A stretch of 64,000 bases of DNA from Kiritimatiellia bacterium (GTDB taxonomy: Bacteria; Verrucomicrobiota; Kiritimatiellia; RFP12; UBA1067). The stretch is from NCBI GenBank assembly GCA_017525475.1, contig JAFXST010000028.1, positions 11,656 to 75,655 of the forward strand, in the 5' to 3' direction. Positions 49,690 to 59,595 of this stretch are shown one piece after another. The notes below the pieces were generated by a model. That model did no database searches and was not told the DNA's origin. It saw only the letters and a program-made list of their open reading frames with translations. Numbering within the stretch: the first letter of the stretch is position 1; each line of letters begins with the position of its first letter. The position numbers and the translations under genes were made by a program.

Positions 49690-50339
49690 TCGAGTAACCT
49701 CCTTGCTTGACGGGCCACGGCTTGGCACGAATCGATTACGGCGGCGCGGCCGTTGGCCACGCGCTCGATCAGGGGACGAAGATGCGGGAAATGCGTGCAA
49801 CCGAGCACCAGCTGGTCGGCTCCGGCGGCGAGGAGCGGCTCCACCGCCGTACGCACCGCCGCTTCGGCCTCGGGGCCGTCGACGACGCCGCGTTCCACCA
49901 GCTCCACCCAGTCGTCGGCCATGCGTTGCAAAACGGTTACGCCCGCGGCGAACTTGCGCGAGGTCTCGCGGTAGAGCCGCCCGCCGAAAGTGCCGCGCGT
50001 GGCGAGCACCCCCACGACGCCCGTCTTGGTGGCTTGGGCGGCCGGCTTGATGGCCGGCTCCAGCCCCACGAACGGCACCTGCGGATATTTGTTGCGCAAA
50101 AAGTCGATGGCCTGGGCGGTAGCGGTATTGCACGCGACCACAATTAGCCGGCATTGGTGGCGGTCGATCAGTTCTTCGGCGATTTGGCCCGCGATCGTTT
50201 CGATCTCCGCGCGCGACTTGTTGCCGTAGGGGCAGTTGGCGTTGTCGGCGATATAGACGAACGGCTCGCCCGGACACTCGCGCATAAACGCCTCGAGAAT
50301 GCAAAGCCCGCCAAAACCGCTGTCGAAGAAGCCGGTCAT
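49668..50339 (-). CDS. murI: Glutamate racemase
   Basis: FDSGFGGL and the two catalytic Cys regions (VVACNTA, LGCTHFP). Confidence 0.85.
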   Translation of the reverse strand: MTGFFDSGFGGLCILEAFMRECPGEPFVYIADNANCPYGNKSRAEIETIAGQIAEELIDRHQCRLIVVACNTATAQAIDFLRNKYPQVPFVGLEPAIKPAAQATKTGVVGVLATRGTFGGRLYRETSRKFAAGVTVLQRMADDWVELVERGVVDGPEAEAAVRTAVEPLLAAGADQLVLGCTHFPHLRPLIERVANGRAAVIDSCQAVARQARRLLECQPPKI

Positions 50340-50662
50340 GGATAAATGGCGCTGGCGCTGTCGAGATCGGGGATGGCGCCGAATTTGGTTACCTTGACTT
50401 TGCGCGCGCCGTAGCCTTCGAGCGCTTCGTAGACCATCAGCGCGGCCCGTTCGATAAGGCGCGGCTTGGCCGCAACGAGTACGGCGGCCACCCGGTCTTT
50501 GACGGCCACGTAATCGACCGTATCCGCGAGATTGTCGCTCTGGGCGGCGGTGTCGGGGATTTGGAGTTCCACGTCCACGCGAAGCGATTGGGGCGCAAGC
50601 CGTTCGTGCGGCAAATCGCCGATAATGCAACTTACCTTTATGCCGTCAAGCGTAAGCAACAT
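50336..50662 (-). CDS. folB: Dihydroneopterin aldolase
   Basis: MLLTLDGIKVSCIIGDLPHERLAPQSLRVDVEL is the FolB fold pattern. Confidence 0.6.
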   Translation of the reverse strand: MLLTLDGIKVSCIIGDLPHERLAPQSLRVDVELQIPDTAAQSDNLADTVDYVAVKDRVAAVLVAAKPRLIERAALMVYEALEGYGARKVKVTKFGAIPDLDSASAIYP

Positions 50663-51230
50663 AGACAAAAGCCCTTTCGGTGGTCGTAAACTCCAGCAAA
50701 TTTCCGGTGGCGCGGTTGAGCGTGGCGCGGTAGAGACTATCGAACTTGACTTGACCGAGCGGCCACTTAAGGCCCTTGCTCTCGATCCGCGTATCGGAGT
50801 AAGGCGCAAATACCGAAACCGGCTGGCCGGGCAGGACCGGGATCAAGACGGGGTTGTCCCGCGGTGCGAGCGGATGGAAGACGCCAAAATCGGTAATTAC
50901 CTTAAGGCCGATATCCAGCGCGAAAAAGAGATTGCCGAGCGTATGGTCCTCGCGCTTGCCGGTGGCGCCGACGACTACCAAATCCTCGTGCCAACCGTTA
51001 AGCACGCAATACCGATAGGCTTTTTGGAGGTCGTTGGTGTCCTGGTCGGGCATTTGCACGTCCACCGTACCGCTGTCGCCATCGCCCACCGTGACGATAC
51101 GGTCGAACCCTTTGGCCTTGGCTTCGTCGCCGGCGCTGTCGCAAGCGACAATACGCTCCGCCTTAAGCAGCGCCTGCCACGCTTCGCCGCCCGGTTTCGG
51201 GAAATCGCCCGCCGCGAGGATAACCGTCAT
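50646..51230 (-). CDS. Thiamine pyrophosphokinase
   Basis: TPK-like, 194 aa, with the catalytic N-domain (MTVILAAGDFP...) and the thiamine-binding C-domain. Confidence 0.55.
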   Translation of the reverse strand: MTVILAAGDFPKPGGEAWQALLKAERIVACDSAGDEAKAKGFDRIVTVGDGDSGTVDVQMPDQDTNDLQKAYRYCVLNGWHEDLVVVGATGKREDHTLGNLFFALDIGLKVITDFGVFHPLAPRDNPVLIPVLPGQPVSVFAPYSDTRIESKGLKWPLGQVKFDSLYRATLNRATGNLLEFTTTERAFVYVAYA

Positions 51231-52453
51231 CGTTTTACCTCCTCGCCGGACGCCAATTGGCGCTTGACCGCCGCCGAAATGCCGTTGCGCAAAGCCAAAA
51301 ACCGCACCGAAGGACTGCCGTCGGGATAGACGAGGAAAGTGTCGCCCGCCGGCCAATTGCCGAACGCGGCGTCAAGGTCGGGATTCTCTGGCCAGGAGTT
51401 GTAAGCCCAGCGCAAAAAGCCGTCGAGCCCGTGACTGGCGGGATAGGCGCCAAGATAAAGCGCTTCCTCGCGGGGCGAATCGATAAAGGTATTGGGGCAC
51501 TCGGGCACGCAACAGACGTAGCAGGTGGTCTTGAGTCCCCGCGCGCGGCGTTCGGTCGCCCAGCGCTCGAAATCGCCGTCCACATATTCGAGCGCGCCGG
51601 AATAATAGGCGATTTCGGTATCGCCAAAGTCGCCGGCGCGGCGATTGCCGGCCATCTGGAGTTTGAGACCGGGCGCCACCTCGCCAACGAGCGCGGCTAC
51701 CGCCGCCACGTCGCCGGGACTGCGTTCGTCCAAGGCGATGAAGACGCGCTCGCGCCAGCCCTTTTGCGTCAGATGCGCGTCGAGACTCTTGAGGTACGGC
51801 GTCCAGAATGCCGCATATTCGGCCGTACCGGGGCGAAGCTCGCGCACCACTTCGTTGCCGGCGGCGTCGCGCCAACGGTGCAAATACCCCCACGGGCAAA
51901 GCGTCCAGCACGAAATGTACGGGCCGAGACCGCAGCTTTGGCCGAATTCCACGTACTCGTCGAAAAGCGTATAGTCGTATCGCCATTCGCCCTCGTCCAG
52001 CTTGGTTGCCTGGACCATGGTGCCGTAGCCGTCGTAGCACTGGTGGTTCCAGGGGAGATCGATCAAAGTGACCGTAAGGCACTTTTGCCCCGCATCGGCC
52101 AGTTGCTCCCACAATGGGCGCATCGCCGCGTAGTGCGCCGGCGAAAACGGCTCCACTTTGGCCGTACGTGCTACCGCCCACGGATGTTGCCACAAGTCGA
52201 GAAAATAATCCGACTTGCCGAGCGGCGGCATCGAGCGCGGCAATACCTCAACCTCGCCATAGCGCCCGGGCGGCACGTTGGCCACTATCTCGGCTACATC
52301 GTCGCCTTGGCCCCAGACCACCTTGTCGGAGTGGCCGCCAATGCTCGCGATGGCGCCGCGGCGCACGACGAGCGGCGATTCCACCGGACCGAAGTGGTAA
52401 AGTTTCTCGCCTTGCCAAAGCTGGAGCGTCGCCGCCAACACCGCCAAGATCAT
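51227..52453 (-). CDS. Hypothetical glycoside-hydrolase-like protein (DUF4091-like)
   Basis: 408 aa, starting MILAVLAATLQLWQ. The start overlaps the upstream transporter stop (ATGA). Confidence 0.4.
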   Translation of the reverse strand: MILAVLAATLQLWQGEKLYHFGPVESPLVVRRGAIASIGGHSDKVVWGQGDDVAEIVANVPPGRYGEVEVLPRSMPPLGKSDYFLDLWQHPWAVARTAKVEPFSPAHYAAMRPLWEQLADAGQKCLTVTLIDLPWNHQCYDGYGTMVQATKLDEGEWRYDYTLFDEYVEFGQSCGLGPYISCWTLCPWGYLHRWRDAAGNEVVRELRPGTAEYAAFWTPYLKSLDAHLTQKGWRERVFIALDERSPGDVAAVAALVGEVAPGLKLQMAGNRRAGDFGDTEIAYYSGALEYVDGDFERWATERRARGLKTTCYVCCVPECPNTFIDSPREEALYLGAYPASHGLDGFLRWAYNSWPENPDLDAAFGNWPAGDTFLVYPDGSPSVRFLALRNGISAAVKRQLASGEEVKR

Positions 52454-53766
52454 ATTATCGAGAGGAAAATGGCCACGAACATGAGCGGAGCCAGATAACG
52501 GATGAGCACGCGGTAGTAGCCAAACCCGAACATCCGGTGCCGGCCGTGCTGGGTGGCCTCGTAGCGTACGAAGTCGGGCCCGACGATCCAGCCGATGAAG
52601 ATGCAGGTCGAAAAGGCGCAGATCGGCATGAGGATATTGTTGGCGAAATAATCGACCTTGTCGAGGAAGCCGATCGAAACCGCGCTCGGGATGGCGGCCA
52701 ACGCCGCGTAAACGGCCACCGCCACCGTGCCGATACGGCGGTTGATGCCGGTGCGGTCGCAGAGCGAGGCTACGCACGTTTCGCATAGCGAGATATTGCT
52801 CGTCAAAGCCGCAAAGAGGACGAGCGTAAAAAACGCCACCGCCACCAAACGCGTGCAGGGCATCTGGGCGAACACTTGCGGGAGCGACACGAACATGAGC
52901 CCCGGCCCCGCCGTCTTGGCCAGCGCTTCGCCGCCAAAGGCGAATACCGGAGGTACGATGATAATGCCCGCGACGAACGCCACCAGCGTATCGCAAAAAC
53001 CGATCTGGAACGCGGACTTGGGCATGTGGGTTTCTTCGGGCACGTAGGAGCCGTAGGTAATCATGATGCCCATCGCGATCGAAAGCGAAAAGAACATCTG
53101 CCCCATGCCCGCCAGAAGCATCTTGCCGAGGAGCGGCGGCGAAAAACGCCCGTCCACCATCAGGCGCGAGAAATCGGGTACGAGATAGTACTTGAGCCCC
53201 GCTCGCGCGCCGCTTTGGCAACACACGAACACCGCCATCGCCACGGTCAGCGCCAATAGCGCCGGCATCATCACCTTGTTGGAGCGCTCCACGCCCTTCT
53301 GCACTCCGAACCAGATGAACGCAAAGGTCATGGCCGCGAACAAAAGCATCATCGTCACGGCCTCGGGCGCGTTGCCGACCGCTTGATCGAAATCCGGCGC
53401 GGTACCGGCAAAGAAATACTGCCCCAGATACTTGAGGCACCATCCGCCGATAACCCCATAGTAAGGCATGATCAAAAACGGAATCACCGTACCGAGCCAG
53501 CCCACGAAAATCCAGCGCTGGTTGAGCTTGCGGAAGGCCTCGATGGGCGACAGGCGCGTGGCGCGGCCGATGGCGATCTCGGTGATGAGCAGAAACACCC
53601 CGAATCCCAGGAAGAGCAGCAGGTAAGTAAGGAGGAAGATCCCCCCGCCATAGGTGGCCGCATACGACGGGAAGCGCCACAGATTGCCAAGCCCCACCGC
53701 CGAGGCGGACGCCGCGATTATGAAGCCGAGCTGTCCCGACCAGCTGTCGCGTTTTGTTTTTTCCAT
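52450..53766 (-). CDS. Neurotransmitter:sodium symporter (NSS/SNF) family transporter
   Basis: Carries GLGNLWRFPY-type motifs (AVGLGNLWRFPSYAATYGGG) and about 11-12 TM helices. Confidence 0.85.
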   Translation of the reverse strand: MEKTKRDSWSGQLGFIIAASASAVGLGNLWRFPSYAATYGGGIFLLTYLLLFLGFGVFLLITEIAIGRATRLSPIEAFRKLNQRWIFVGWLGTVIPFLIMPYYGVIGGWCLKYLGQYFFAGTAPDFDQAVGNAPEAVTMMLLFAAMTFAFIWFGVQKGVERSNKVMMPALLALTVAMAVFVCCQSGARAGLKYYLVPDFSRLMVDGRFSPPLLGKMLLAGMGQMFFSLSIAMGIMITYGSYVPEETHMPKSAFQIGFCDTLVAFVAGIIIVPPVFAFGGEALAKTAGPGLMFVSLPQVFAQMPCTRLVAVAFFTLVLFAALTSNISLCETCVASLCDRTGINRRIGTVAVAVYAALAAIPSAVSIGFLDKVDYFANNILMPICAFSTCIFIGWIVGPDFVRYEATQHGRHRMFGFGYYRVLIRYLAPLMFVAIFLSII

Positions 53767-53839
53767 TCCGCTATTTTCCTCTCCATGCGCTTCAGTTCCT
53801 CGGCGCGCTTGGCGGTACGTTCGTAGTCGCCGTCGGCCA

Positions 53840-53998
53840 TCAGCGCGCCTGCGCCTCGATGAGTTGGGCCCGGAGCGAGGCGATCTCGGCCTTGGCGGCC
53901 TTGAGCTCGTCGCGAAGCGAGAAAATCATCACCGCCATGGTGCCCACCACCACGATGGTCACGAGCGAACGCAGCATCTGCAACATGAATCTTTTCAT
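53840..53998 (-). CDS. Small single-TM protein (52 aa) upstream of the NSS transporter, possibly a MetS-like small subunit
   Basis: MKRFMLQMLRSLVTIVVVGTMAVMIFSLRDELKAAKAEIASLRAQLIEAQAR has one TM helix and an amphipathic helix. Its stop overlaps a further 41-codon ORF that runs into the transporter start region. Confidence 0.4.
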   Translation of the reverse strand: MKRFMLQMLRSLVTIVVVGTMAVMIFSLRDELKAAKAEIASLRAQLIEAQAR

Positions 53999-54038
53999 AG
54001 TATCGGCTAGTTGGTCGATTAGGGGTTGAGGTTAACTT

Positions 54039-55124
54039 TTACACGATCAGCATGCAATCACCATAGGAGAAAAACCGGTAATCGGCCTTTACCGCCATGG
54101 CGTAGGCGCACAGCACCCGCTCCCGCCCCGCAAGCGCGCTGATCATCATCAGGAGCGTCGACTGCGGCAGATGGAAGTTGGTGAGCATCGCATCGCACAC
54201 CTTGAACCGGTAGGGCGGATAGATGAAGATATTGGAGGCGCCGCTCCCGGGGACGATAAGTTCGTTGTCGCCCTCGGCGCGTTCGCGATTGGCCACCGTC
54301 TCCAGCGTACGCACGGTCGTGGAGCCGCAGCACACTACCCGGCCGCCGCGCGCCTTGCACGCGTTGATGGCCGCCGCCGCCTCGGGCGGGACGGTAAACG
54401 CCTCGAAGTCCATTTGGTGGTCTTCGATATTCTCCGCCTTCACGGGGCGGAAGGTGCCGGGGCCCACGTGGAGCGTAATCGCCGTACGCTTTACGCCTTT
54501 ATCGTCGAGCGCCTTGAAGATTGCGTCGGTAAAGTGCAGCCCCGCCGTAGGCGCGGCCACGCTCCCCACATGCCGGGCGTAGATGGTCTGGTAGCGCTCG
54601 CGGTCGGCCAGTTCTTCCTCGCGGGTGCCCTCGCGCTTAACGTAAGGCGGCACCGGCGTATGGCCGAATTCGTCGAGGAGCTCCATGAGCGGGCGCTCGC
54701 AGACGAACTCCACCTTCCACATGCCGATTCCCGAAAGCGGCGCGAGCAGCTTGACCTTGAGCTCGCCCTGGGGGCCGAAAACGCCGATTTGGCCTTCGCG
54801 GCACTTGCGCCCCGAGCCGATGATGCAATTCCACACCAGTTCGCGCACCGTCTCGGCCTCGGGGGCGGCGTTGACCATCAGCACCTCGAGCCGGCCTTCG
54901 GAATCGGCCCATTGGCCGATAAGCCGGGCGGGGAACACCTTGGTGTCGTTGACCACCAACAGGTCGTTTGGCGTCAGGTACTCGACGATATCGGCGATAT
55001 GCCGGTGCTCCAATACGCCGGTATCGCGATGCAGCACCATCATCTTCTCGGTGCCGCGTTCGGGCGCGGGATGCTGGGCGATCAGCCGTTCGGGGAGCGG
55101 ATACCAGAATTGCGACGTCTTCAT
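54039..55124 (-). CDS. queA: S-adenosylmethionine:tRNA ribosyltransferase-isomerase
   Basis: Starts MKTSQFWYPLPERLIAQHP with QueA-like sequence throughout. It occupies the position where secY normally follows rplO. Confidence 0.85.
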   Translation of the reverse strand: MKTSQFWYPLPERLIAQHPAPERGTEKMMVLHRDTGVLEHRHIADIVEYLTPNDLLVVNDTKVFPARLIGQWADSEGRLEVLMVNAAPEAETVRELVWNCIIGSGRKCREGQIGVFGPQGELKVKLLAPLSGIGMWKVEFVCERPLMELLDEFGHTPVPPYVKREGTREEELADRERYQTIYARHVGSVAAPTAGLHFTDAIFKALDDKGVKRTAITLHVGPGTFRPVKAENIEDHQMDFEAFTVPPEAAAAINACKARGGRVVCCGSTTVRTLETVANRERAEGDNELIVPGSGASNIFIYPPYRFKVCDAMLTNFHLPQSTLLMMISALAGRERVLCAYAMAVKADYRFFSYGDCMLIV

Positions 55125-55133
55125 TTCAAGCAA

Positions 55134-55170
55134 AGAAGGGATGCGGCCTCAATCGCCGCATCCCCTTCTT
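55134..55170 (-). terminator. 15-bp-stem hairpin (AAGAAGGGGAUGCGGC-gauugag-GCCGCAUCCCUUCUU) between rplO and queA. It is a probable intrinsic terminator or attenuator ending the ribosomal-protein operon
   Basis: A near-perfect inverted repeat at 55133-55170 lies directly after the rplO stop (55191). Confidence 0.5.
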
Positions 55171-55190
55171 GAACCCGGCATGATTCCGGA

Positions 55191-55628
55191 TCAGGCAACG
55201 GTGCCGCCGGCCTGTTCGATCTTGGCCTTGGCCGCCGCCGAGCAGGGGACCTTGACGGTCAGCTTCTTGGTGAGCGTGCCGGTGCCGAGGATCTTGACCT
55301 TGGGCTTCTTGTTGCTGGAGAAACCGGCCTTGGCCAGCGACTCCACCGTAACTTCCGCGCCCGCCTCGAACTTCTTTTCGAGATCGGCGAGGTTCACGGC
55401 CAGTGCCTTGTCGTTGAAGGCGGCGTTGTTGAAACCGCGCTTGGGCAGCCGGCGGACGAGCGGCATCTGGCCGCCTTCGAAGCCGAGCTTCTGCTTGTGG
55501 CCCTTGCGGGCCGCCTGGCCCTTGTGGCCGCGCGTGGAGGTTTTGCCCATACCCGAACCGCAACCGCGGCCCACGCGTTTGCGGCGCGAGCGGGCTCCGG
55601 GGGTGTTGACGAGATTGGAAAGTTCCAT
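55191..55628 (-). CDS. rplO: 50S ribosomal protein L15
   Basis: MELSNLVNTPGARSRRKRVGRGCGSGMGKTSTRGHKGQ. Confidence 0.9.
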   Translation of the reverse strand: MELSNLVNTPGARSRRKRVGRGCGSGMGKTSTRGHKGQAARKGHKQKLGFEGGQMPLVRRLPKRGFNNAAFNDKALAVNLADLEKKFEAGAEVTVESLAKAGFSSNKKPKVKILGTGTLTKKLTVKVPCSAAAKAKIEQAGGTVA

Positions 55629-55643
55629 TGTGCTACTCCTTCC

Positions 55644-56138
55644 TTAGGCGCGCAGCGCCGCGATTTCCTCCGCCGAGCGGAGCTTCATGAGCGCGTTCAT
55701 CGTGGCCTTGACCACGTTGAGACGGTTCTTGGAACCGAGCGACTTGCCGACCGCGTCGCGGATGCCGGCCGCCTCGAGGACGGGACGCATGCCGCCGCCG
55801 ACGATCAGGCCCGTACCTGCGGGAGCGGGCTTGAGGAGCACCCGGCCGCCGTCGCACACGCCTTCGACGTCGTGCGGGATGGTGGTGCCGTGGAGCGTAA
55901 CCTTGCGCATATCCTTGCGCGCGGCCTCGCCGCCCTTGCGGATGGCGTCGCTCACTTCGTTGGCCTTGCCGAAGCCGACTCCGACCTTGCCCTCCTTGTC
56001 GCCGACCACGATCACCGCCGAAAAGCTCATGCGGCGACCGCCCTTGACGGTCTTGGCGCAACGGTTGATGAATACGGTATGTTCGTCGAGAGCGTCTTCG
56101 GCGCCCGCGTCACCGCGCTTGTCACGATTGATTGCCAT
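55644..56138 (-). CDS. rpsE: 30S ribosomal protein S5
   Basis: Starts MAINRDKRGD... with S5 dsRBD and C-terminal domains. Its stop lies 15 nt before the rplO start, so there is no room for L30. Confidence 0.9.
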   Translation of the reverse strand: MAINRDKRGDAGAEDALDEHTVFINRCAKTVKGGRRMSFSAVIVVGDKEGKVGVGFGKANEVSDAIRKGGEAARKDMRKVTLHGTTIPHDVEGVCDGGRVLLKPAPAGTGLIVGGGMRPVLEAAGIRDAVGKSLGSKNRLNVVKATMNALMKLRSAEEIAALRA

Positions 56139-56139
56139 G

Positions 56140-56496
56140 TTACTTCTCCTCCGCGGTGATGGAAATACCGTTCTCCACGACGGCGTCCACGATCGCCTTG
56201 ACGCGACCGGTGAACTTGTTGCCGCCACGATCCACGACTACCCGGGCGATGCCGGCGGCCTTGGCCGCCTCCGCCGCGCTCGCGCCCAGCGTCTTGGCGG
56301 TTTCGAGGTTGGCCTTGCCGGCCTTCAGGCTCGAAGCCGAAGCGAGCGTGCGCCCGGCGTCGTCGTCGATGAACTGGACGTACAGATTCTTGTTGGTCAC
56401 GCAGATCGACATGCGCGGGCGCGCCGCAGTGCCGGCGATGGCCTTGCGGATGCGCTGATGGCGCTTCTGGCGCTGTTCTTTGCGGTTGAAGCTCAT
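56140..56496 (-). CDS. rplR: 50S ribosomal protein L18
   Basis: Recognisable L18 sequence in the correct operon position. Confidence 0.9.
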   Translation of the reverse strand: MSFNRKEQRQKRHQRIRKAIAGTAARPRMSICVTNKNLYVQFIDDDAGRTLASASSLKAGKANLETAKTLGASAAEAAKAAGIARVVVDRGGNKFTGRVKAIVDAVVENGISITAEEK

Positions 56497-57032
56497 TAGG
56501 CCACCTTCTTTCCTTGTTTGCGGCGGATCTTCTCGCCCACGTACTTGATACCCTTGCCCTTGTAGGGTTCGGCCGGATAGAACGAACGGATGCGCGCGGC
56601 CGACTCGCCCACCTGAGCCTTGTCGATGCCGGTGATCGTAACCTGCAGACCGTCGTTCTCCACCGTGACCTTGAGCCCGGCGGGGATGGGGTAGATCTTG
56701 GGCGAAGCGAAACCGAGCGAAAGCGCGAGGTCGGTGCCCTTGAGCACGGCCTTGAAACCGGTACCTTCGATCGACAGCTGCTTGGTGTAGCCCTTGGACA
56801 CGCCGGTCACCATGTTGTGGATCAGCGCGCGGGCGAGACCGTGGAAGTTGCCGAGCGTGGCATCGTCCGCACAGGCGACGACAATCTTGCCGTCTTCGAT
56901 CTTCGCCGTGATGCCTTCATGCATCGTATAGGCAAGCTCGCCGAGTTTGCCCTTGACAGTTACCGTCTGCCCGTCGATGGCGGCGGTCACGCCGTCCACG
57001 AGAGCCACGGGTTCTTTTCCGATTCGAGACAT
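56496..57032 (-). CDS. rplF: 50S ribosomal protein L6
   Basis: Starts MSRIGKEPVALVDGV. Confidence 0.9.
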   Translation of the reverse strand: MSRIGKEPVALVDGVTAAIDGQTVTVKGKLGELAYTMHEGITAKIEDGKIVVACADDATLGNFHGLARALIHNMVTGVSKGYTKQLSIEGTGFKAVLKGTDLALSLGFASPKIYPIPAGLKVTVENDGLQVTITGIDKAQVGESAARIRSFYPAEPYKGKGIKYVGEKIRRKQGKKVA

Positions 57033-57053
57033 TGTCTTTGAGACTCCTTGGAA

Positions 57054-57446
57054 TTATGCTACCGTGCAGATGATTTCGCCGCCGAGACGCGCCTTCTTGG
57101 CCTCTTGGCCGGACATGATGCCCTTGGAGGTCGAGATCACCGCCAGGCCCATGCCGTCGAGAACGGCGGGGATCTGACCCACGGAAGCGTACTTCCGGAG
57201 GCCCGGCTTGGACACGCGCTTGAGCTCGGTGATGGCGCTCACGGCCTTGTCGGTGTACTTGAGCGTGACCACGATCTTGCGGGGAAGCGCGGTGGTCACC
57301 ACGTAATCGGCGATATAGCCGGCGTCCTTCATGACGCGGGCGATTTCGGCCTTGACCTTGCTGGCGGGGATTTCAACCGAGTAAAGGCGCGCCTTCACCC
57401 CGTTGCGGATCACGGTCAGCATATCGGAAATGGGATCCATGCTCAT
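57054..57446 (-). CDS. rpsH: 30S ribosomal protein S8
   Basis: Starts [16 protein letters not shown]. Confidence 0.9.
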   Translation of the reverse strand: MSMDPISDMLTVIRNGVKARLYSVEIPASKVKAEIARVMKDAGYIADYVVTTALPRKIVVTLKYTDKAVSAITELKRVSKPGLRKYASVGQIPAVLDGMGLAVISTSKGIMSGQEAKKARLGGEIICTVA

Positions 57447-57469
57447 TGTTCTGATTCCTTTCCTTGTTG

Positions 57470-57655
57470 TTACCACGAGGCCTTGGTGACGCCGGGGATG
57501 AGACCGGCCACCGCGAGCTCGCGGAAGCACAGACGGCACACGCCGAACTTGCGGATGTACGCATGGCGGCGGCCGCAACGCTGGCAGCGGTTGTACTGGC
57601 GCACCTTGAACTTGGGCGTGCGCTTCTGCTTTTCGATAAGACACTTCTTAGCCAT
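57470..57655 (-). CDS. rpsZ: 30S ribosomal protein S14, zinc-binding type Z (61 aa)
   Basis: [43 protein letters not shown] shows the CxxC...CxxC pattern. Confidence 0.9.
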   Translation of the reverse strand: MAKKCLIEKQKRTPKFKVRQYNRCQRCGRRHAYIRKFGVCRLCFRELAVAGLIPGVTKASW

Positions 57656-57657
57656 GA

Positions 57658-58194
57658 TTAGTTCCTCCCTGCGAACGGCATGCCCATGGATACGAGAAGT
57701 TCCTTGCAGGCCTTGTCGTCGTTGCTGCTGGTGACGAAGGTAATGTCCATGCCCGAGTGGCCGCTGGCCGCTTCCACCAGTTCGGGGAAGATGCCGTGCT
57801 CCTTGAGGCCCATGGTGTAGTTGCCGGCGCCGTCGAAACCGCGGTTGCTCACGCCGCGGAAGTCGCGGATGCGCGGCAGGGCCGTGGAGATGAGGCGGTC
57901 GGCGAACTCCCACATGCGCTCGCCGCGCAGCGTGACCTTGGCGCCGATCACCATGCCCTCGCGGAGCTTGAAGTTGGAGATCGACTTCTTGGCCTTGCAG
58001 AGCTGGGGCTTCTGGCCGCTGATGGCCGCGAGATCGTCGACGAGCTGCTTCTGCTCGTCCTTGCTCACGATGCCGAAAGCCATGTTGAGGACGATTTTCT
58101 GCAGGCGCGGAACCAGCATCTTGTTGGTGGTGCCGAGCTTCTGCTCGAGCTCCTTCACGATGCGGTTGTCGTATTCTTCTTTGAGTCTTGCCAT
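57658..58194 (-). CDS. rplE: 50S ribosomal protein L5
   Basis: Starts [13 protein letters not shown]. Confidence 0.9.
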   Translation of the reverse strand: MARLKEEYDNRIVKELEQKLGTTNKMLVPRLQKIVLNMAFGIVSKDEQKQLVDDLAAISGQKPQLCKAKKSISNFKLREGMVIGAKVTLRGERMWEFADRLISTALPRIRDFRGVSNRGFDGAGNYTMGLKEHGIFPELVEAASGHSGMDITFVTSSNDDKACKELLVSMGMPFAGRN

Positions 58195-58208
58195 ATTAAG
58201 TCTCCTTC

Positions 58209-58520
58209 TTAGAGGGCCTTGCCGCTCTTCACGGCGATGCGGGCCTTCTTGCCGTCCTTCTCGCCGGTGCGCACGCGGGTGCCCGCCTTCTTTTCGGCGT
58301 CGTAGGGCATGAGCTTGCAGAGGCGGATGGGCATCTCCTTGTCGATAAGGCCGCCGGCCGTCTTTTCGGTGCGGCGCATGGCCTTCTTGTGCATGTTGAG
58401 GCCGCCCACGATCGCCGTGCCGGCCTTGGTGTCGACGCTCATCACCGTGCCGGTCTTGCCCGCGTCGTTGCCGCGGGTGACGATTACGGTGTCGTTCTTC
58501 CTGATTCTTGCAATAGCCAT
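58209..58520 (-). CDS. rplX: 50S ribosomal protein L24
   Basis: Starts MAIARIRKNDTVIVTRGNDAGKTG (KOW motif). Confidence 0.9.
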   Translation of the reverse strand: MAIARIRKNDTVIVTRGNDAGKTGTVMSVDTKAGTAIVGGLNMHKKAMRRTEKTAGGLIDKEMPIRLCKLMPYDAEKKAGTRVRTGEKDGKKARIAVKSGKAL

Positions 58521-58537
58521 TTTGGCGTTCCTTTCGC

Positions 58538-58903
58538 TCAGACCACTTCCGGGGCCATTGAGAGGATCTTCATGTAATTGCGATCGCGCAGCTCGCGCGC
58601 CACCGGCCCGAAGATACGGGTGCCGATCGGGTTGAGCTTGGAGTCCACCAGCACGCACGCGTTCTGGTCGAAATGCACCGTGGAGCCGTCCTCGCGGCGG
58701 ATGGGCTGGCCCGTGCGGACGATGACCGCGGTGGCGACCGAACCCTTCTTGATGGATCCGGTGGGGCTCGCCTCCTTGATGGCGACGCGGATGATGTCGC
58801 CCAGGTGCGCGTACTCCTTGCGCTGCTTGAGGATGCGGAAGCACATCGCGCGCTTGGCGCCGGTGTTGTCCGCAACTACGAGATTGGAGAGTTCCTGCAA
58901 CAT
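58538..58903 (-). CDS. rplN: 50S ribosomal protein L14
   Basis: Starts [17 protein letters not shown]. Confidence 0.9.
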   Translation of the reverse strand: MLQELSNLVVADNTGAKRAMCFRILKQRKEYAHLGDIIRVAIKEASPTGSIKKGSVATAVIVRTGQPIRREDGSTVHFDQNACVLVDSKLNPIGTRIFGPVARELRDRNYMKILSMAPEVV

Positions 58904-58915
58904 GGTGGTGTCTCC

Positions 58916-59170
58916 TTACTTGACGATGCGCCAACGCTTGGTGGCGCTCAAGGGACGCGTTTCCATGATGGTCACGGTATCGCCGACCTTGGCGGTATCG
59001 TCCTCGTCATGCGCGTGATACTTCTTGCTGCGGGTAACGATCTTGCCGTACAAGGGATGGCGTTCGCGGTAGCTCACCGTAACGACCACGCTCTTGGCGC
59101 CCATCTTGGACGCGACCACGCCCTTGCGCACTTTGCGCGCGCCGCGTGCAGATACAGATTCCGTGCTCAT
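58916..59170 (-). CDS. rpsQ: 30S ribosomal protein S17
   Basis: Starts [21 protein letters not shown]. Its ATG overlaps the rplP stop (ATGA), so no L29 gene lies between them. Confidence 0.9.
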   Translation of the reverse strand: MSTESVSARGARKVRKGVVASKMGAKSVVVTVSYRERHPLYGKIVTRSKKYHAHDEDDTAKVGDTVTIMETRPLSATKRWRIVK

Positions 59171-59592
59171 CAGATTTTTACTCCTGCGCGGGTTATGAAC
59201 TTGGTGTGGATACCTATCTTGGTGGCCGCGAGACGGAGGCACTCCTTGGCCACTTCCTCGCTGACACCGCCCACTTCGAACAGCACCTTGCCGGGGAGGA
59301 TCACGGCGGCCCAGAACTCGGGGTTGCCCTTGCCTCCGCCCATACGCACTTCGATAGGCTTGCGGGTCACGGGCTTGTCGGGGAACACGCGGATCCAGAG
59401 CTTGCCCTTGCGCTTCATCTCGCGGTTGATCGCCACGCGGCACGCTTCGATCTGCGTGGCCGTGAGCAGTCCGCGCGTCAGCGCCTTGAGGCCGAACTCG
59501 CCGTACGCGAGTTCCGTGCCGCTCGTGGCGTAGCCCGAACGGTTACCCTTGGAAACCTTGCGGTATTTTACTCTCTTGGGCATCAAAGGCAT
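59170..59592 (-). CDS. rplP: 50S ribosomal protein L16
   Basis: Starts [16 protein letters not shown]. Confidence 0.9.
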   Translation of the reverse strand: MPLMPKRVKYRKVSKGNRSGYATSGTELAYGEFGLKALTRGLLTATQIEACRVAINREMKRKGKLWIRVFPDKPVTRKPIEVRMGGGKGNPEFWAAVILPGKVLFEVGGVSEEVAKECLRLAATKIGIHTKFITRAGVKI

Positions 59593-59595
59593 ATC

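Noticed and set aside
51227-53680. 817-aa minus-strand ORF
   Set aside because: Its upstream two-thirds run in an alternative frame across the NSS transporter gene. Only the last 408 codons (51227-52453) are taken as a gene.
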